64,000 nt of DNA from Octopus vulgaris (GCA_951406725.2 OX597816.1:148986001-149050000), one strand, 5' to 3'. Positions 25,306 to 39,729 are shown, counted from the first letter of the stretch. Program-made: numbers and translations. The notes: generated by a model from the letters alone, not told the origin.

Positions 25306-27681
25306 GTTCAAAACTAACCAAAAATTTATTAATCGAACTAGCTGCCAAGAACATGTCATAGTGCGCACCATAGCCTATTCAGTTTCCTTAAGTGTTTAGT
25401 CACAGTGGGTCTATCAGCAGTGTCTCTGTGAACAGTTGAACAGGGAGCTCTGTCACTGATGAAATTCCAATCCAATATGGATCTGAAATTTGTCCAATTG
25501 ATATTTTCTTTCCTGTCACGAAAATATAGTGCATATATATATAGAGAGAGAGAGAGGGTTGCTTACATCTGTCTTTTATATAAAATTTTGGCTAAAGATA
25601 TTTCAAATGTTTAAGAATCATTGTCAATGTTTTAAATGTACACATATACTGATCTAACCTAAGGGCGAATATTTAGTAACACAAAGAGCTATTTTCCAAG
25701 GCATGTGCCACTAAACATTGATATATTCAATAACAAATATTTCTGTACATGAGTTGCCGGGATGATGTCTTCATTGAGCTGAAGACAATGGAAAGAGCAC
25801 AAATTCCATTGAGATTTTCAACACAAAGATATTTATTTTTATCATTAACAAACTAGCTATTGTTGTTACTGCAAACGTTGGAAAAGATATTTACACCATA
25901 TGACCTACATGAAATAATTTGATAATTTCTTGCAGCTAGATGGTTTAACTGAATTATTATTGGCATCACCAGCCATTGGTCTTAATGTTACAGTCACACA
26001 GTTTGCAGCCAACTGGTTTTAAAGTGAGAACCTCTACAGCTTGCCAGTGGCAAAAAAGGCTCTATTTACAACCATATCTTTTGAAGAGAAAACAGTGCTA
26101 GAAGATGGAATTGTTAATAAGATCCTGTTTTGCAAAATATTTGAATGGTCAGTTCCTTAATGATATCATCAATAACAGAGCAAATCGTGTTCATATAGTT
26201 TAATTGTTTTTGCATCAGATACAGTGATCCGCATTCAATTTCTAAGTGTGTTGGGACTGCCAAATATTCCTACTACCACTCTGTAGTACAGAACAGCTCT
26301 GAAATAAAACACTGCTGACACAACAGCAATTTATTGAGTAAATCAAACTCTCAGATGTCATATAAACTCTGGTATTATTTTGTTTGGCTGATCATTCTAA
26401 TAAAGTCAAAAATTTACAGAAAAGAATCCACGAGACTAGTTTAAAATATGTTTTAAAAATCCTTAATTAAAGCATCTCCCCTGTAATCTTTCAACTATCC
26501 TTGACAAAGATGTAGAAATTGACCGACTTTTTAAAGATATTCTTACTGATGATTACCAATTCACAGAGGCAGAATATGTGAAAGCATAGACATTCTTGAA
26601 GACTAGTGAGATCTGTGTTAAACATGGAGTAGCTCCATGAGTAGTGGACTATGTTTTAGTTGATAGCATTGTATTACGTTACAGAGAGAGATCTATTTGT
26701 TCCAAAAACTGTAACAGGATGTATCAACCATTTTCAGCCTGTTAAAACCTCTGCTGGGGTTTCAGCAGAACAAATTTCGAGAGAAACAGACAGCTATAAA
26801 CATATCTTGGTTCTGAGTAGGATCAGCAAAGGAGTGAGGAACAGAAAGCTCCCAATAATCATGAGTTTCATTGGTTTTAAGAAAGTATTTTTTAAAGCTC
26901 ATTGAGAACTTGTCTGTATTCTGAAAAGATATGACAATCCTGTGAAACTAATGCAAGCGATCAACATGTCATGCATGAAGGCTCAAGTGAAGATCAACTT
27001 GCCTGACAGTGAAATGAATGTCTCCAACATCTGCACCGCGGGGAGATAGTCATGCTCCCTCCCTTTCTATTACTCAAACATATTGAAAATTATGTAGAGA
27101 AGCACTGAGGTCACACTGCAGTCAAGAAATGGAGTTTATTATGAGTCAGATATTAGTTGTTAATCTTGGCTGTGTCAATATCTCACTTGCCTTAAATACT
27201 GCTGAGCAAGCTTCAAAATCCTGCTTGCAGTTAATACAGAATACATAAAAGTAGAACTATTCTTAAAGAAAACCACTGATCTGAACTTCAAACACCAATG
27301 ACACAGTCATGGGTAACAGCAATGGAGAAGCCCTCCTGGTAGCAGAAGGATTCCAATTCTACAGGGCTTGGATTTCATCTTTGGCAACTTCTTGGCAGCA
27401 GCACTGCTACCACCACTGTTATTGTTAAATCACCCAACTCCTAATAGTACAAAGGTAATAAATGAGGATAACAACAGGTTACATCTAGCAGCAGTAGTCA
27501 ACAAACAAGTTTATGTAGACAATATTGAAATTTATCAACAATTTATCACAAGACAAAAAACTCTTCTGTATTTTTCATTAGAAAATAAAACAAGGCAGGT
27601 ATTTCAAAAATTATTTATTACAAAACTAAAGTTCAATTTATCAGTGTGTATGTGTCTGTAAACTGAAAACCATTTCTGATA

Positions 27682-30600
27682 TCAAGTAAAACCATCTGTT
27701 TTATATAAACCTGTATTTTTGACATTGGTAACTTGTGTTGATGATAATGGTAATCTGTCCCCTTCTGCTGTAAAAAGTCCTACAGGATAGACACTTTCAC
27801 TGCTACCATAAGTCACATTGTTGTCAATTAACTGAGTTGTTGTTGTCCGATTTAGTGATTTAGAAGAGTCTTCTCTTATGAGTCTAGATTGAGAACACAG
27901 TTTTTCTTCACTATATGACACAGGAGATAAGTCAGAAACTGGAGAACTTTCAAATACATTAGATTTTAATTTGGGTGATGTTCCATGTATCTTATTTGCT
28001 GTTGCTTTGCTATTTGTGGTATCTGAAAATGGTAAGCTAAAATCTGTAGTGGATACAGCTATAGAATTCAAAGGAGTGTTCAGAGTCTGAGAACTATCTG
28101 AAACTGAACTAGATGTTGAAGCTCTTTTATTCATTTGACCATATTCGTTATCATCAGGTCCTACAGGCTCGATTTTTACAGTGGGAAGACTAACAGAACC
28201 AACTGGAGAGTTGCTATCCTTAGTGTCCAGAGATGCAGCCTCAATCTTTTGGTCAAAGAGTCTAACTGTATCTTCTTTAAGTTCTGCTAATTCATTTTGA
28301 GAAACCTCCTGCTGCTTAATATCCTCAGTAGGAACAGCTGAAATATTAGATGGCATCTGCCTGGTATCATCAAATGCAGTGACTGTTGAAGCAATTTGCT
28401 GACGTGCTCCACGCAGAAGATGAACATCACACATATTTTGTAAATCTTTCATGTCTAATTGTTTTGCAATGACTTTTAGCTGTTGTAAAATATTAAGATC
28501 AAGATCTAATAGTCCAGTATACATGTATTCAACAAAAGCCATTAAAGTTTCTGTGCTTACTTCAGGAAATTTCACTTCAAAAAACTGAGAAGAGATGTAT
28601 GTACTAATTACTGAGAACAGTTTTGGAGACACAGCAGACAAAACTATTTTATGGACCTGAAATATAGTAAATGATAACAGTATGTTTATAGCTTGCCAAC
28701 AATAGAATGACAGACACTTAAGAAACATGTTTATAAAGTAGAAAAATGTAGGCTTATGTTTGTCCAATTTCTACAAAACCTATTGACTACCAAAAGTGTC
28801 AACTTCACTTATCTCAAAGAGTCATTTCATTAATACTTTAATTAAATCAACTCCATTTTCTTTTTCTGTAAAATATTCTATTCTATATCAGTAAGCAAAT
28901 GTTTGAGAAAAAGTTATTTTCAATGATTGAATCGTAAAACTAAAGGCTACACCTATGTTTAAGAAATATAGAGGGGAGTAGAATAAAGAATATCTTGATA
29001 TTAAGCACATTAGAAATTAAGCATAATCTTTTAGACTTACAAGCAAAATTTTTTACCTATCATGATGATGTCATTAGAAACAGTTTATAACTGTGAAAAA
29101 GTTTACAACTGTATACTTACCATCACAGTAGATGAGCCATTGCTAATACTAGCATCACATAATTTTCTACTTCTCCACATAGATGCTAGGTTAGACATGA
29201 CATAACGTTGATGACTAGTAACTAGCAATTTTCGTTTCAGAAAATCTTTTTTCCTAATTATTGATTTAGATACAGTTGTTTGATTTGGATTTTTCACCAG
29301 CTTTGATTTGGATGGAGTCATTTGAAATGGTGAAGTCAACACCTGAGCTGGCTTTGTAATATTTTGCGATGCTTGTGCTAAACTTGAATCTTGCTGGACT
29401 GGCATTTTAGTTGGATGTACACATTTTGAAATCTTTGGAGTTGATAAAGCACTGTTCATTTGCCTAAAATGAAAATTTGCAATTAATTCAGAAGAAATGT
29501 ATAAGAGAAAAATAGTAACTCAATAGCATTGTCAAAATACCATTTTAGTCATCACATACCATCTGTCATGTGATTGTTGATTTCTTAACATTTGATTCTT
29601 GTGTTGCTTCTTCAAGTGTTGCTCCCCAAGGTGCTGTATTTCTTTCTTTTTTTCCTGTGTCATTTTCATCTGAGTGTTGAGGAAGTGAGGCACGATCAAA
29701 GAAAGAAATAAAAAGATGAAAGAATAAAGATTTCATTTCAATGGAAATAATTGAGACTGTGATGAATGGATAAGTTATTTTAATGAAAATGTCAATGATA
29801 ACTGAAAATTCTTGTTTATAAGGCTGACAAATAATGCTTAATTTCCATATTGAAACTTCCACTAAGAAAAAATGGAATCTGTCAGTCACATATGTCTATA
29901 GCAAATCTCAAAAGCATTCAAAATCAATCTGAACAAAGAATCTCTACTGAATCCTAAAACTGAAATGAGAATGGAGTTCGATGTTATACTTATCCTATTC
30001 TGAAATCTGACATGATGGTAGCATGTTGTAATTTGACTTCAACATCAAATATATAGTAACTGCTGCCACAATTCACACAGACTTTCTCTGCTAGATTTTT
30101 TGCAGAAAATTTTTCAACATTGTAATTCCTGATTGAATTTACAATTAATTCAGTTGTATTTTTATCATATACATTAATTTCAAAATTATACTCAATTTAT
30201 ATGGATAGTGATTCCTCAACACTTTATAGTGTACATGATACTATATTACAGGTGCATATTTTTGATAATACCAGATAACGAAGTACTGAGCACACTAAGT
30301 TGGCTTGTCCACTGATGTTTATCAGTTGCACAGCTCCTAATCCTGACATGGAGATTCACGGAAGCATACAAAGTATGACTGAGCCTTAATTCATGATTTT
30401 GTTGAGCTCATTTATCATCATCATCATCGTTTAACGTCCGCTTTCCATGCTAGCATGGGTTGGACGGTTCGAACGGGGTCTGAGAAGCCAGGAGGCTGCA
30501 CCAGGCTCCAGTCTGATCTGGCAGTGTTTCTACAGGTGGATGCCCTTCCTAATGCCAACCACTCCGTGAGTGTAGTGGGCACTTTTTAAGTGCCACCAGC

Positions 30601-31080
30601 ACAGGTGCAAGGTGAGGCTGGCAATGGCCACGATCGGTTGGTGCCAATTCTTAATGAAAATTGTGGAGAGGCTGTAATACTAAAAGTTGACATCACAAGA
30701 AACTTCATATCATAAACCTTCTTAATACATTTATCCTACATATATCCTTGGTCTCTGAAATTAATTGCAATATCAATGACCTTGCAAATAAATTCCATAA
30801 GCAGATCTTTGTTATATTTCTCCTATTGGTGTGTGATGCTTAAGAATGTATACCTGATATCTACCTTGAGAGTTGTACGATAAGTTCTTGCCCTCTGTTT
30901 CTGAACTTCTAATCTTGCCTGCCTTTGTTCCACTGTTTCTGCCTGCCGAAGAGCAAATTGTCTTTGCCTCTTATCTTGCAATCTTAATCGTTTTTCTTCT
31001 GTGCTTTCCCTTTTCCGTCTTTCTCTTGCCCTCTGAGCAGATTTGGTGAGACGGCCCAGTGATGATCGTTTGGTACGCAT
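27682..31080 (-). CDS. STPR-repeat/BTB-POZ domain protein, copy B; join(31080-30865,29669-29560,29463-29121,28656-27682), about 547 aa
   Basis: Same splice sites and phases as copy A, open frame, 2 STPR-like repeats plus BTB. Confidence 0.85.
30415..30645 (-). mobile_element. RTE 3'-tail copy / RTE-derived SINE in an intron of copy B
   Basis: Matches 15563-15850; (CAT)n end; empty site at about 42583 in copy C. Confidence 0.85.
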
Positions 31081-31170
31081 AACTTCATTACACTAGAGAA
31101 AAAAATGTCGCATTTAATGAGAACACTGACACACATTTTCTAGACATCCAAAACAAATAGTACAATATCT

Positions 31171-31655
31171 GAAAAGACTTCCACCCATCCCCACCCCAAT
31201 TTTCTCCCAAAGTTGTTTATTTAAAAATAATTTTTTTGCCAAAAACCCCCGTTTTCGGAAAATTGTCAAAAATCGGCATTGTTAATCCCCCACTTCCCCC
31301 CAATTCTTCAATTTTTACTTTTTCCCCCAACACTAACCGTAACTACTAAAATGTTTTAAAATTTTTGTCCAAATCACAATGTCTGTATTTTTCCGCATAT
31401 TTAGAAAAGAGGTTTTATAAAAAATTTTGGAAATTCTCTTCAGAATCATAATCTTCGTACTTTCCTCTATAATTTGATAACAAAAATTATGATAAAAAGT
31501 AAAAAATGAAGGAAATGGGAGTGGGAATTTAAAAATGCCTATTTTTGCCAATTTATTTTGCAGATTCGTATTCCCTTTAGTCGAAAAGGGATTTTGTGTA
31601 GGAAAAAAAAATTAGAAAAAAGGATGGCTGAGGGGAGATGGGCAGAAGTCTTGCC
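31171..31655. mobile_element. MITE with 8-bp TSD (Merlin-like)
   Basis: TIR aagacttc(c/t)(a/g)cccatc; TSD caatatct at 31163-70 and 31656-63; empty site at about 985. Confidence 0.8.
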
Positions 31656-31792
31656 CAATATCTTTTAAACAGAATGTTACAAGCCACCGAGTATACCAAT
31701 AATTCTTTCCTAATTACGTCAACAGAAAACTAGTATTTATATGAAGATTCCAACTAAAATATTAGTATATAGTCTTCACTTTGCACAATATT

Positions 31793-32020
31793 GAAAGCAG
31801 CGAGCTAGTAGAATCGTTAGCACACCGGGTAGAATGCTTCGTGGTATTTCGTCTACGTTCCAAGTTCAATTTCCACCGAGGTCGACTTTGCCTTTCATCC
31901 TTTAGGGGTCGATTAAATAAGTACCAGTCACGCACTGAAGTCGATGTAATCGACTTAATCCCTTTGTCTGTCCTTGTTTGTTCCCTCTATGTTTAGACCC
32001 CATTGGCAACGAAGAAATAT
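31793..32020 (+). mobile_element. tRNA-derived SINE with a Meta-domain-like core
   Basis: gagctagtagaatcgttagc head and core gtcgactttgcctttcatcct..ggggtcgattaaataagtacc; absent from paralogs. Confidence 0.65.
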
Positions 32021-32074
32021 ATATCAGTCTTCATAAACGGAGAGTAATGGATTAGCTCCCCTTGAAAACTATTA

Positions 32075-33330
32075 CTGGGGTTTTCTGAAAATACGCCCAG
32101 GCTGTTAAATGGAAAATACTATTTTATAAAACTATTTTTCGGTTTAAATAACCGCCCACCTATAATAAGCACTCACGGGCACTAATATGGAAGTAAAATA
32201 TTTCACGTAGGAAAAACAAAGATATTCTCAAAAACCAGATTTATTTTATACGATTCCACTGCACTTCTAACGTTTCAGTTATCAGATAATATAGGCATAA
32301 AGAAACTGAAAGAGCTTTAAAAGAAGTAGCATATTAAAAAATATTCTGAAGTTAACAATGGATCTATTAGGAAATATTGAAAATTAAACTGTTGGAAACA
32401 TGAATAGAAGCCTCGTATGAACAAATAATGTCCTTGGGCATTTATGGTAGAATAATAACCGAATAATTTCAAGTTAAATATCACGAATTTCTTCATTTGT
32501 TGCTGGGCCATAATTCACATCAGAGCTAATTTCACTTGTATCTCATCTTCTTCAATTTTATCATTATGTGCATCTGGTGCATTTACCTCAGGGCCAGACA
32601 AAACATCCTGTAAACATGAGTTTAAGAGGCTATGTTCTACAGTCTATCCACGAGGAGCAATTCCACAGCATTCAAAAGCACGCTTTATAGTTTCTTTATT
32701 AAAAGTGGCAACAGCTTGGGTCACAAAGTTCATTATCTCTTGATAAGGTCTTTTGTGATATCCTTCATTTGTATACTCCTTTTTGTCATTTGAAAAACTA
32801 ATTCTCCCATTCAGCACAAAGGGCTTTCTTGAAAGGACCAATAATTGATACATCTAACGGCTGCAAGTAAGATGTTATTTTAGGAGGTATAAGTTTAAGA
32901 ATTGTATTCCTACGTTTGAACACTTCTAGGAGCTCTGTTTTCTTGTGCACTGAGCATCCATCCATGAATAGCACTGAATTTTGAGCATGACATAGTTGTG
33001 CTGTTCTCTGCCCAAACACTTTGTCAGCCCACAGCTGCATGAGTTCATGTGAATGATCCCCCGTTGGAGACTGTTAAGTAAATATTCTTTAAGACATTGA
33101 TTTTAGGCATGTTTTTTCAATCCTTTAAGGATAATCATTGTTTACAACACCTTTCCTGCAGCATTAACACAACACAGCAATAAAACGAGCTTTGGTAGCA
33201 CCACAGTGGCTAGCATCTACATGTTAATTGTCAACAAAGTCTGTGGTTGTTGAACTCAACATGTCAATGTATAGATGTTTCATCCATATTATAAATTTGG
33301 TCAGCATCTTTATCTGCTGTTAATACTGGA
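32075..33330 (-). mobile_element. Pogo/Tigger-like (DDE_1) transposase fragment
   Basis: VLFMDGCSVH..IPPKITSYLQPLDVSIIGPFK, IKRAFECCGI; frameshifted; paralog homology breaks at a TA near 32073. Confidence 0.8.
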
Positions 33331-33470
33331 ATGCTATCTAGACAGTCATTGGCGATTTGTGCCTTTTGTGACGTAACGTCACGGAAGCTATGTTTTGTTG
33401 TTGTTGTTTTTAAAAAAAAAAGAGAAATTGTTCTATCGTCTTCATTAATAAATAAATGTCCAAATATCAG

Positions 33471-34430
33471 GAAAATTGGCGAAGTTTCGCATGTCGTAGA
33501 TCAGATTTCCGTCGATTTCCGTAAAGAACTTTTATTTTTTTACATAAGTAATGAGAGCGAAAGAGACTAAGAGGAAGCGATTTTACGACGAGAAGGTTTC
33601 ACTTTGAAGTCGGCCTGTGTGTGTTTGATGGGGTGTGGGAGACAGACAGTATGTTGTGTAAGTGAAGTGCTTCTGTTAGTGTGTGCGAAGAGACAGAGAG
33701 AGTAATGTGTGAAAGAGAGATATAACTGATTTTTTACTCGGTGTATGTGTATATGTATGTATGCATGTATGTGTGTGTGTGTGTATGTATCTATGTATGT
33801 GTGTGTGTGTATGTATGTATGTATGGCCGATTCATCGTAATTTTTTACTCGGTGTATGTGTATATGTATGTCTGCATGTATGTGTGTGTGTGTGTATCTG
33901 TGTGTGTGTGTGTGTATGTATGTGTGTGTGTGTATGTATGTATGTATGGCCGTGTGTGTGTATGTATGTATGTATGGCCGATTCATAATTTTTTACTCGG
34001 TGTATGTGTATATGTATGTCTGTCTCTTCACACACACTAACAGAAGCACTTCACTTACACAACATACTGTCTGTCTCCCACACCCCATCAAACACACACA
34101 GGCCGACTTCAAAGTGAAACCTTCTCGTCGTAAAATCGCTTCCTCTTAGTCTCTTTCGCTCTCATTACTTATGTAAAAAAATAAAAGTTTTTTACGGAAA
34201 TCGACGGAAATCTGTGCTACTACAACCGAAACTATGCCGGAAAGGCGACTACAACCGAAACTATGCCGGAAAATTTGTACTGCACAGCAGAAGGTAAGTA
34301 TGAAAATAAATATGCAAAAAGTAAAAAATAGGATAAAATATACTATTTCTGAGATATTTCGGGTACACACAAAGTTTTTTACGGAAATCGACGGAAATCT
34401 GTGCTACGACATGCGAAACTTTGCCCAATT
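33471..34430. repeat. Foldback structure: about 200-bp inverted repeats around a (GT/GTAT) minisatellite
   Basis: 33500-33697 is inverted at 34019-34218; 33471-33533 is also inverted at 34372-34430; three atttttactcggtgtatg units lie in the loop. Confidence 0.8.
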
Positions 34431-34765
34431 TTTTTTATTTACCACAAAGACAGTTGGATATTTTTACGATATTTCATTTTAGATGTATTCGTTAGTTAAG
34501 GAATTCAAGTTCTGAATTCGCTGTTTTTCTAGATTTTCTATGCATTATATTTAATTCAGATATAGCATCACATATATGTAGAAGATAGTTACATGGTACA
34601 AATATTATTTACTAAAGCACGGCGGGTATGATTGACCATTCATCGCAAAAAAAAGACAATAGGGTAACTAGGAGGAAACAAAAGAGTTATAATATTTAAG
34701 ATGTGAAAATAATAGAACCACATTAGACGATTTTCGAGTATTTCATAATGATGTAAACAAATTAA

Positions 34766-34835
34766 ACCTACCCGAGAAGGTCCGACAGTAGATGAAATGT
34801 TCGTTTCCAGATCCTCCAGGTTCGATAACTCTCTT
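34766..34835 (-). promoter_or_regulatory. Putative non-coding first exon of copy B
   Basis: CGG|GTAGGT at 34772/34771; homologous block. Confidence 0.4.
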
Positions 34836-35169
34836 AGTTTATATTTTTCTTCAGCACAGAATGTTTTTTTATTTTATTGTGGTGTTATTATATTAGTGCA
34901 CAGTTAGCAGTGAACCACTTCACAGCGTGCGGTTTGCTAATGCCACGCTGTCTGTTTGACTGACATTACCCAACTTTAATTCCAAATAACATTAGATTCT
35001 TTAATTTACTAGATAAACTAATTGGTTGATCGTAATCAAAATTCAGAGTTGTATTGAAACACCAAAATTGAAAGCAATCGGAGCAAAATTAAGGGGGCTC
35101 ATTTTGCGAATGAGAAAGACTAGATCCTTTACCGTTTTACAAACTTAAACTACAAAATTGGACAAAACC

Positions 35170-35778
35170 TTTTCAGTTTGACCAGCAGATTTAAAAAATA
35201 ATTTCTTTGTAACTAAACACTTTTAAACTTCGTATACTGGTAGAATGTGTTACATAAAACATTTTTTCTCTTGGCTTTCTTCAGAAAATTCTGTAGTTTG
35301 TAAGCTATTTGTTGTTAAATTTCTTGCATTTCGGCAATTTCAACCAAGTAATGACGTCTATTGAGGTGAATACAATTTCTGCTGTTGTTTGTCAACAACT
35401 TCCTGCGGTCTCTATTTAGTTTGTCACTGTTATTTATGACATATTTCATATTTCGTACGTTCGTATGAATAAAAGATTGTGGGGGAAGGGTTTCTTTTTT
35501 CTTCTGAAATGTAAATAAACCCATAAGAGCTACACCGCCGGAAGTTCTTGTTGACAAACAACAGCAGAAATTGTATTCACCTCAATAGACGTCATTGATT
35601 GGTTGAAATTGCCGAAATGCAAGAAATTTAACAACAAATAGCTTGCAAACTACAGAATTTTCTCATGAAAGCCAAGAGAAAAAGATGTTTTATGTAACAC
35701 ATTCTACCAGTATACGAAGTTTAAAAGTATTTAGTTACAAAGAAATTATTTTTAAAATCTGCTGGTCAAAGCAAAAAG
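35170..35778. mobile_element. Long-TIR MITE related to the 24282-24681 element
   Basis: About 235-bp inverted repeats at 35170-35403 and 35539-35778; shares cacctcaatagacgt..gattggttgaaattgc with about 24488-24525. Confidence 0.8.
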
Positions 35779-36384
35779 ATACTGCTGTAACGGGAATAGT
35801 CGCTTCTTGCACTTTTAGGGTGCAACTGGTGCTTTCTCTATTTCCATTGCTTAAATTTCCAGATTCTACCAGTCAAAGAACTCAAAACGCAACAGTAAAA
35901 ATATATATTCTTTATTGTTCTTATAACAGTACGAAATAAGGTGTTATTTGGTTCCGCTTGGTATGGATGTGTCAGAGCTGAAACTTTAACGCTTGTAAGA
36001 ATTTTTACAAGTGCAACAGCAAACTTAGCTGGTCTTCTATGGCATCCGTAGGGAGCGAAGATAATGTGGTCTGCAACAATGTCTGGTTGAAAGCCTTCTG
36101 TCTTGTTGCTTACTGCTATGCGTATCCCTGTACCTTGTAAGTAGGCTCTCCCTTGCCTATCAGCTAATGACGCATCAGCAAAATCCCTTTTTCCGGTCTT
36201 CGCGCATGCGCGAGAGGGCTCTTCCCCTCTGCCTTTCCTGAGGACGTTGCGCGCGCGCGCTGTTGGATAGCGTCACTACACTGCAATTGAAAATATTTAA
36301 AAGATAAAAGGGAAAAAAAGAAAAAAACAAAAACAATTTACCACCTTGAGTTGAAAAGTTGGGGGTGCTGGGAAACCTCTCTAA

Positions 36385-37830
36385 TGCCTATTGAGGCACA
36401 CCAGCTGCGTTGCCATGGGTGATGGCAAGGCTGATGCGCTGGAACAGCCAAGTGATCTCACAAGCTTCAACAGTCATGTCTGCAAGGCGAGTTGCCAGTG
36501 AAAACAGGTATCTTGCAGTTAGTGGTGTGACCCCACCAAACATCTCAAACACCACAGGATGGAAAATGTAGCTGGCTGACAGATCGTGGTATTTCAGAAT
36601 TTTCTTCCACTTGGCTGCTGAAGCTGTAGATCTCAACCTGACCACAGCTTCCAGGATGTGAGAAGAAGCAAAGGAGTCGTTAACTGTGACATCTCAGACA
36701 AGGCATCTTCCTAGCGACCAGGGGCACAGGGTGAGGCTGTCACGTCTCTTCCCATCACATCTGGACAATCCAGATGGTGGGGATGTTTGCCCGGGACTAG
36801 TTCCTCTTGAGCATCAAGTTCGACTCTGTATGATGCACGAAGCGACCAGCATTCAGGTGGCTAGAAAGGGCATGGAGGTGTGTGGAGTCGACTCCACAGG
36901 CCACAACAACAGATCAAACCCATGCATATGTCAGCTCCCACTCTGAGGGCAATTGAGACACAAGCTGAGTAGGCCACCAACATTAGCCACAGGGATGGCA
37001 TCAATCCAGTCACCTGAGTATTTGACGCTAGCAGACAGTAAGCGGCATCTAGAAACTTGGTCCGACTGGTTGAAGAGGGAGTCAAAGGTGGCCTTCAAAA
37101 TTATGTTGTCCCAAGCTTTCTGATTCTGACAATCCTCAACCTTCTCAGGAGCAGACAAGCCCAATTCCCTCCATTGTTGGAGAACTTCATCCAACTCTCT
37201 GTTGGAACTGGTCCATGTTGGAGAGGACAGGATGTTGCTCACCAGGGTGGGGCAGGTGGAGGAAAGGAAGCAGCGGAGAGAGAGGGATGAACACTTACAA
37301 AGACCCTGACCTCCAAATTGCTTGGGCAATGCAGCCTGATCGCAGGACCTTGTAGAGACTTACTACATGTGATGGCATTCACCCAGGGTGGGTTGAGCCG
37401 GCTTCTTCTCTGGACCTGACGGCATCACGATCCATGGCGGCCCACGCTCGATGGTCCTGTGTGAGGTCACTGCAGATAGCGAACCATTCGCGGTTCCATC
37501 TGCGCAGACTGACCACCTGCAGAGCTGAGAGTTTGGAGAGGTTCTCCTTTATCGTCATTGCCCAGGTCTTCAGCTGCCCACCTGTGCATTCGCGCCAGCT
37601 GGAAAGTGGAGTGGGAGGAGGACGTCACAAATCAGCTCTCTTTGAACACCGGGCCGCATGGCCGAACCACCTTAAGTGCCATTGTAGAAGCACTGAAGGG
37701 AGAGGTCGGAGATTCAGGCGATGACGAAGACCGACTGTAGGAACCTGATCAATGCGTCAGCAGCGAAAAATGCAGCAGAGACAGACATTGTCGAACACCT
37801 CCAGCCTTCGCTGACCAACTACCCTCATAG
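36385..37830 (-). mobile_element. Degraded non-LTR retrotransposon with restriction-like endonuclease (CRE-like), C-terminal part
   Basis: PKQFGGQG, SGDWIDAIP, DGKRRDSLTLCPW..GRCLV-DVTV, KILKY, HPVVFEMFG, LFQRISLAITHGNAA. Confidence 0.7.
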
Positions 37831-39729
37831 GCCATGCTTCACAACCATAGAGGAAGAAAACATGGATAGTCTTTCAGAAAATAAAGACTATGAAAATTGT
37901 CCTTATTTAGTACATCATTTGCTATGTTTGGAAGGCATTGATAAACTGAGGAGTTAAATATATATATAAAGACATCAATGATTAAGATTAACTTCAGTTT
38001 CCAACCACAATTATGTAGTCAAAGACCTAGCACCCTAATATTAGAGCCATTAAGCCTTCATAATATATTTTGTAATGTTGTAAATTCTAAGCATTAGAAG
38101 GGTCAGTGTTAGGAACGACATCCAGCCATAGAAACCAAGCCAAAACCGATTATTCAACATCCCCAGGCCTTACCAGTTCTTGTCAAGCCATCCCACCCAT
38201 GCTAGCATGGACAACAGGCATTAAATAACAATGATGACGATGATGGTGGTGATCTTTTTGTATATTAAAATAAACAATTTAATACAAATATATATTGATA
38301 TATACATTTTTATGTAAATTTATATCAAATAAAAAATATCTTCAGTGCCATTTATACATAAGGCTATCTTACCAGATAGTGGCTCTCATCCTAATGTTCT
38401 TCATAATACATCTTATATATAAATATGATATTTTTTTAACACAGATTGCCATTTGTCAAAATGTGTATTATACCATACAAATAAGAAGATATTTTTTAGA
38501 ACACTTCTAAAAACAAATGTCAATTATCCTTGACAAAGATAAAGAAATTGACCAAGTTTTTAACGATACTCCTATTGATGATTGCCCATTTACAGAGACA
38601 GAGTACGTGAGAGCATGGACATTCCTAAAGACTGGTGAGAGCTGTGGTAAAGATGGAGTAGTTCTTAGAGTAGTGGACTATGTTTTAGTCGACAGCATTA
38701 TATTAAGTTACCTCAAAAGCAGAGAGGGATCTATTTCAGTTCCATTCTTAGCAAGAACTGTAACAGGATGTATGTCAACCATTTTCAGCCTGTTAAAACC
38801 TCTGCTAAGGTTTTACAGAACAAATTTCAAGAGAAACAGACAGCCATAAACATATCTTGATTCTGAGTAGGATCATGAAATGAGTGAGGAACAGAAAGCT
38901 CCCAATAATCATAAGTTTCATTGGTTTTAAGAAAATATTTCTTACACTTCATTGAGGAGAACTTGTCTTCATTCTGAAAGGTATGACAATCCTGAGAAGC
39001 TATCGCAACCAATCAAGTCATGCATGAAGGCTCAAGTGAAGATCAACTTGCTCGACAATGAAATGAATGTCTCCAACATCTGCACCGCTTATGCAGCAGG
39101 GAGATAGTCATGTTCCCTCCCTCTCTATTAATCAAAGATATTATTGAAAATTATGTAGAGAAGCACTGAGGTTACATGCAGCCAAGAAATGGAATTCATT
39201 ATGAGTCAGATATTAGTTATTGGTCTTGGCTGTGTCAACATCTCACTTCCCTTAAATACTGCTGTAAAATCCCACATGCTGTTAATACTGAATACATAAA
39301 AGTATAACTATTCTTAAAGAAAACCACTGATCTGAACTTCAAACACCAATGATACAGTCATGGGTAACAGCAATGGAGAAGCCCTCCAGGTAGTAAAGGA
39401 TTCCAATTCTACAGCGCTTAGATCTCATCTTTGTTTGGCGACTTCTAGGCAGCAGCACTACCACCACTGGTATTGTTAAATCACCAAACTCCTAGTAGTA
39501 CAAAGGTAATAAATGAGGATAACAACAGGTTACATCTAGCAGCAGTAGTCAATAAAGAACAAGTTTATGTCAACAATATTGAAATTTATCAACAATCTCT
39601 CACAAGACAAAAAACTCTTCTGTATTTTTCATTAGAAAATAAAACAAGGCAGGTATTTCAAAAATTATTTATTACAAAATTAAAGCTCAATTTATCTGTG
39701 TATGTGTGTACTGAAAACTATTTCTGATA

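Noticed and set aside
29566-29889. 107-aa ORF over the linker exon
   Set aside because: Wrong frame; the spliced frame MKMTQEKKKEIQHLG is the one open in all four copies.
33567-34149. HT/VC-rich ORFs
   Set aside because: Products of (GT)n/(GTAT)n repeats.
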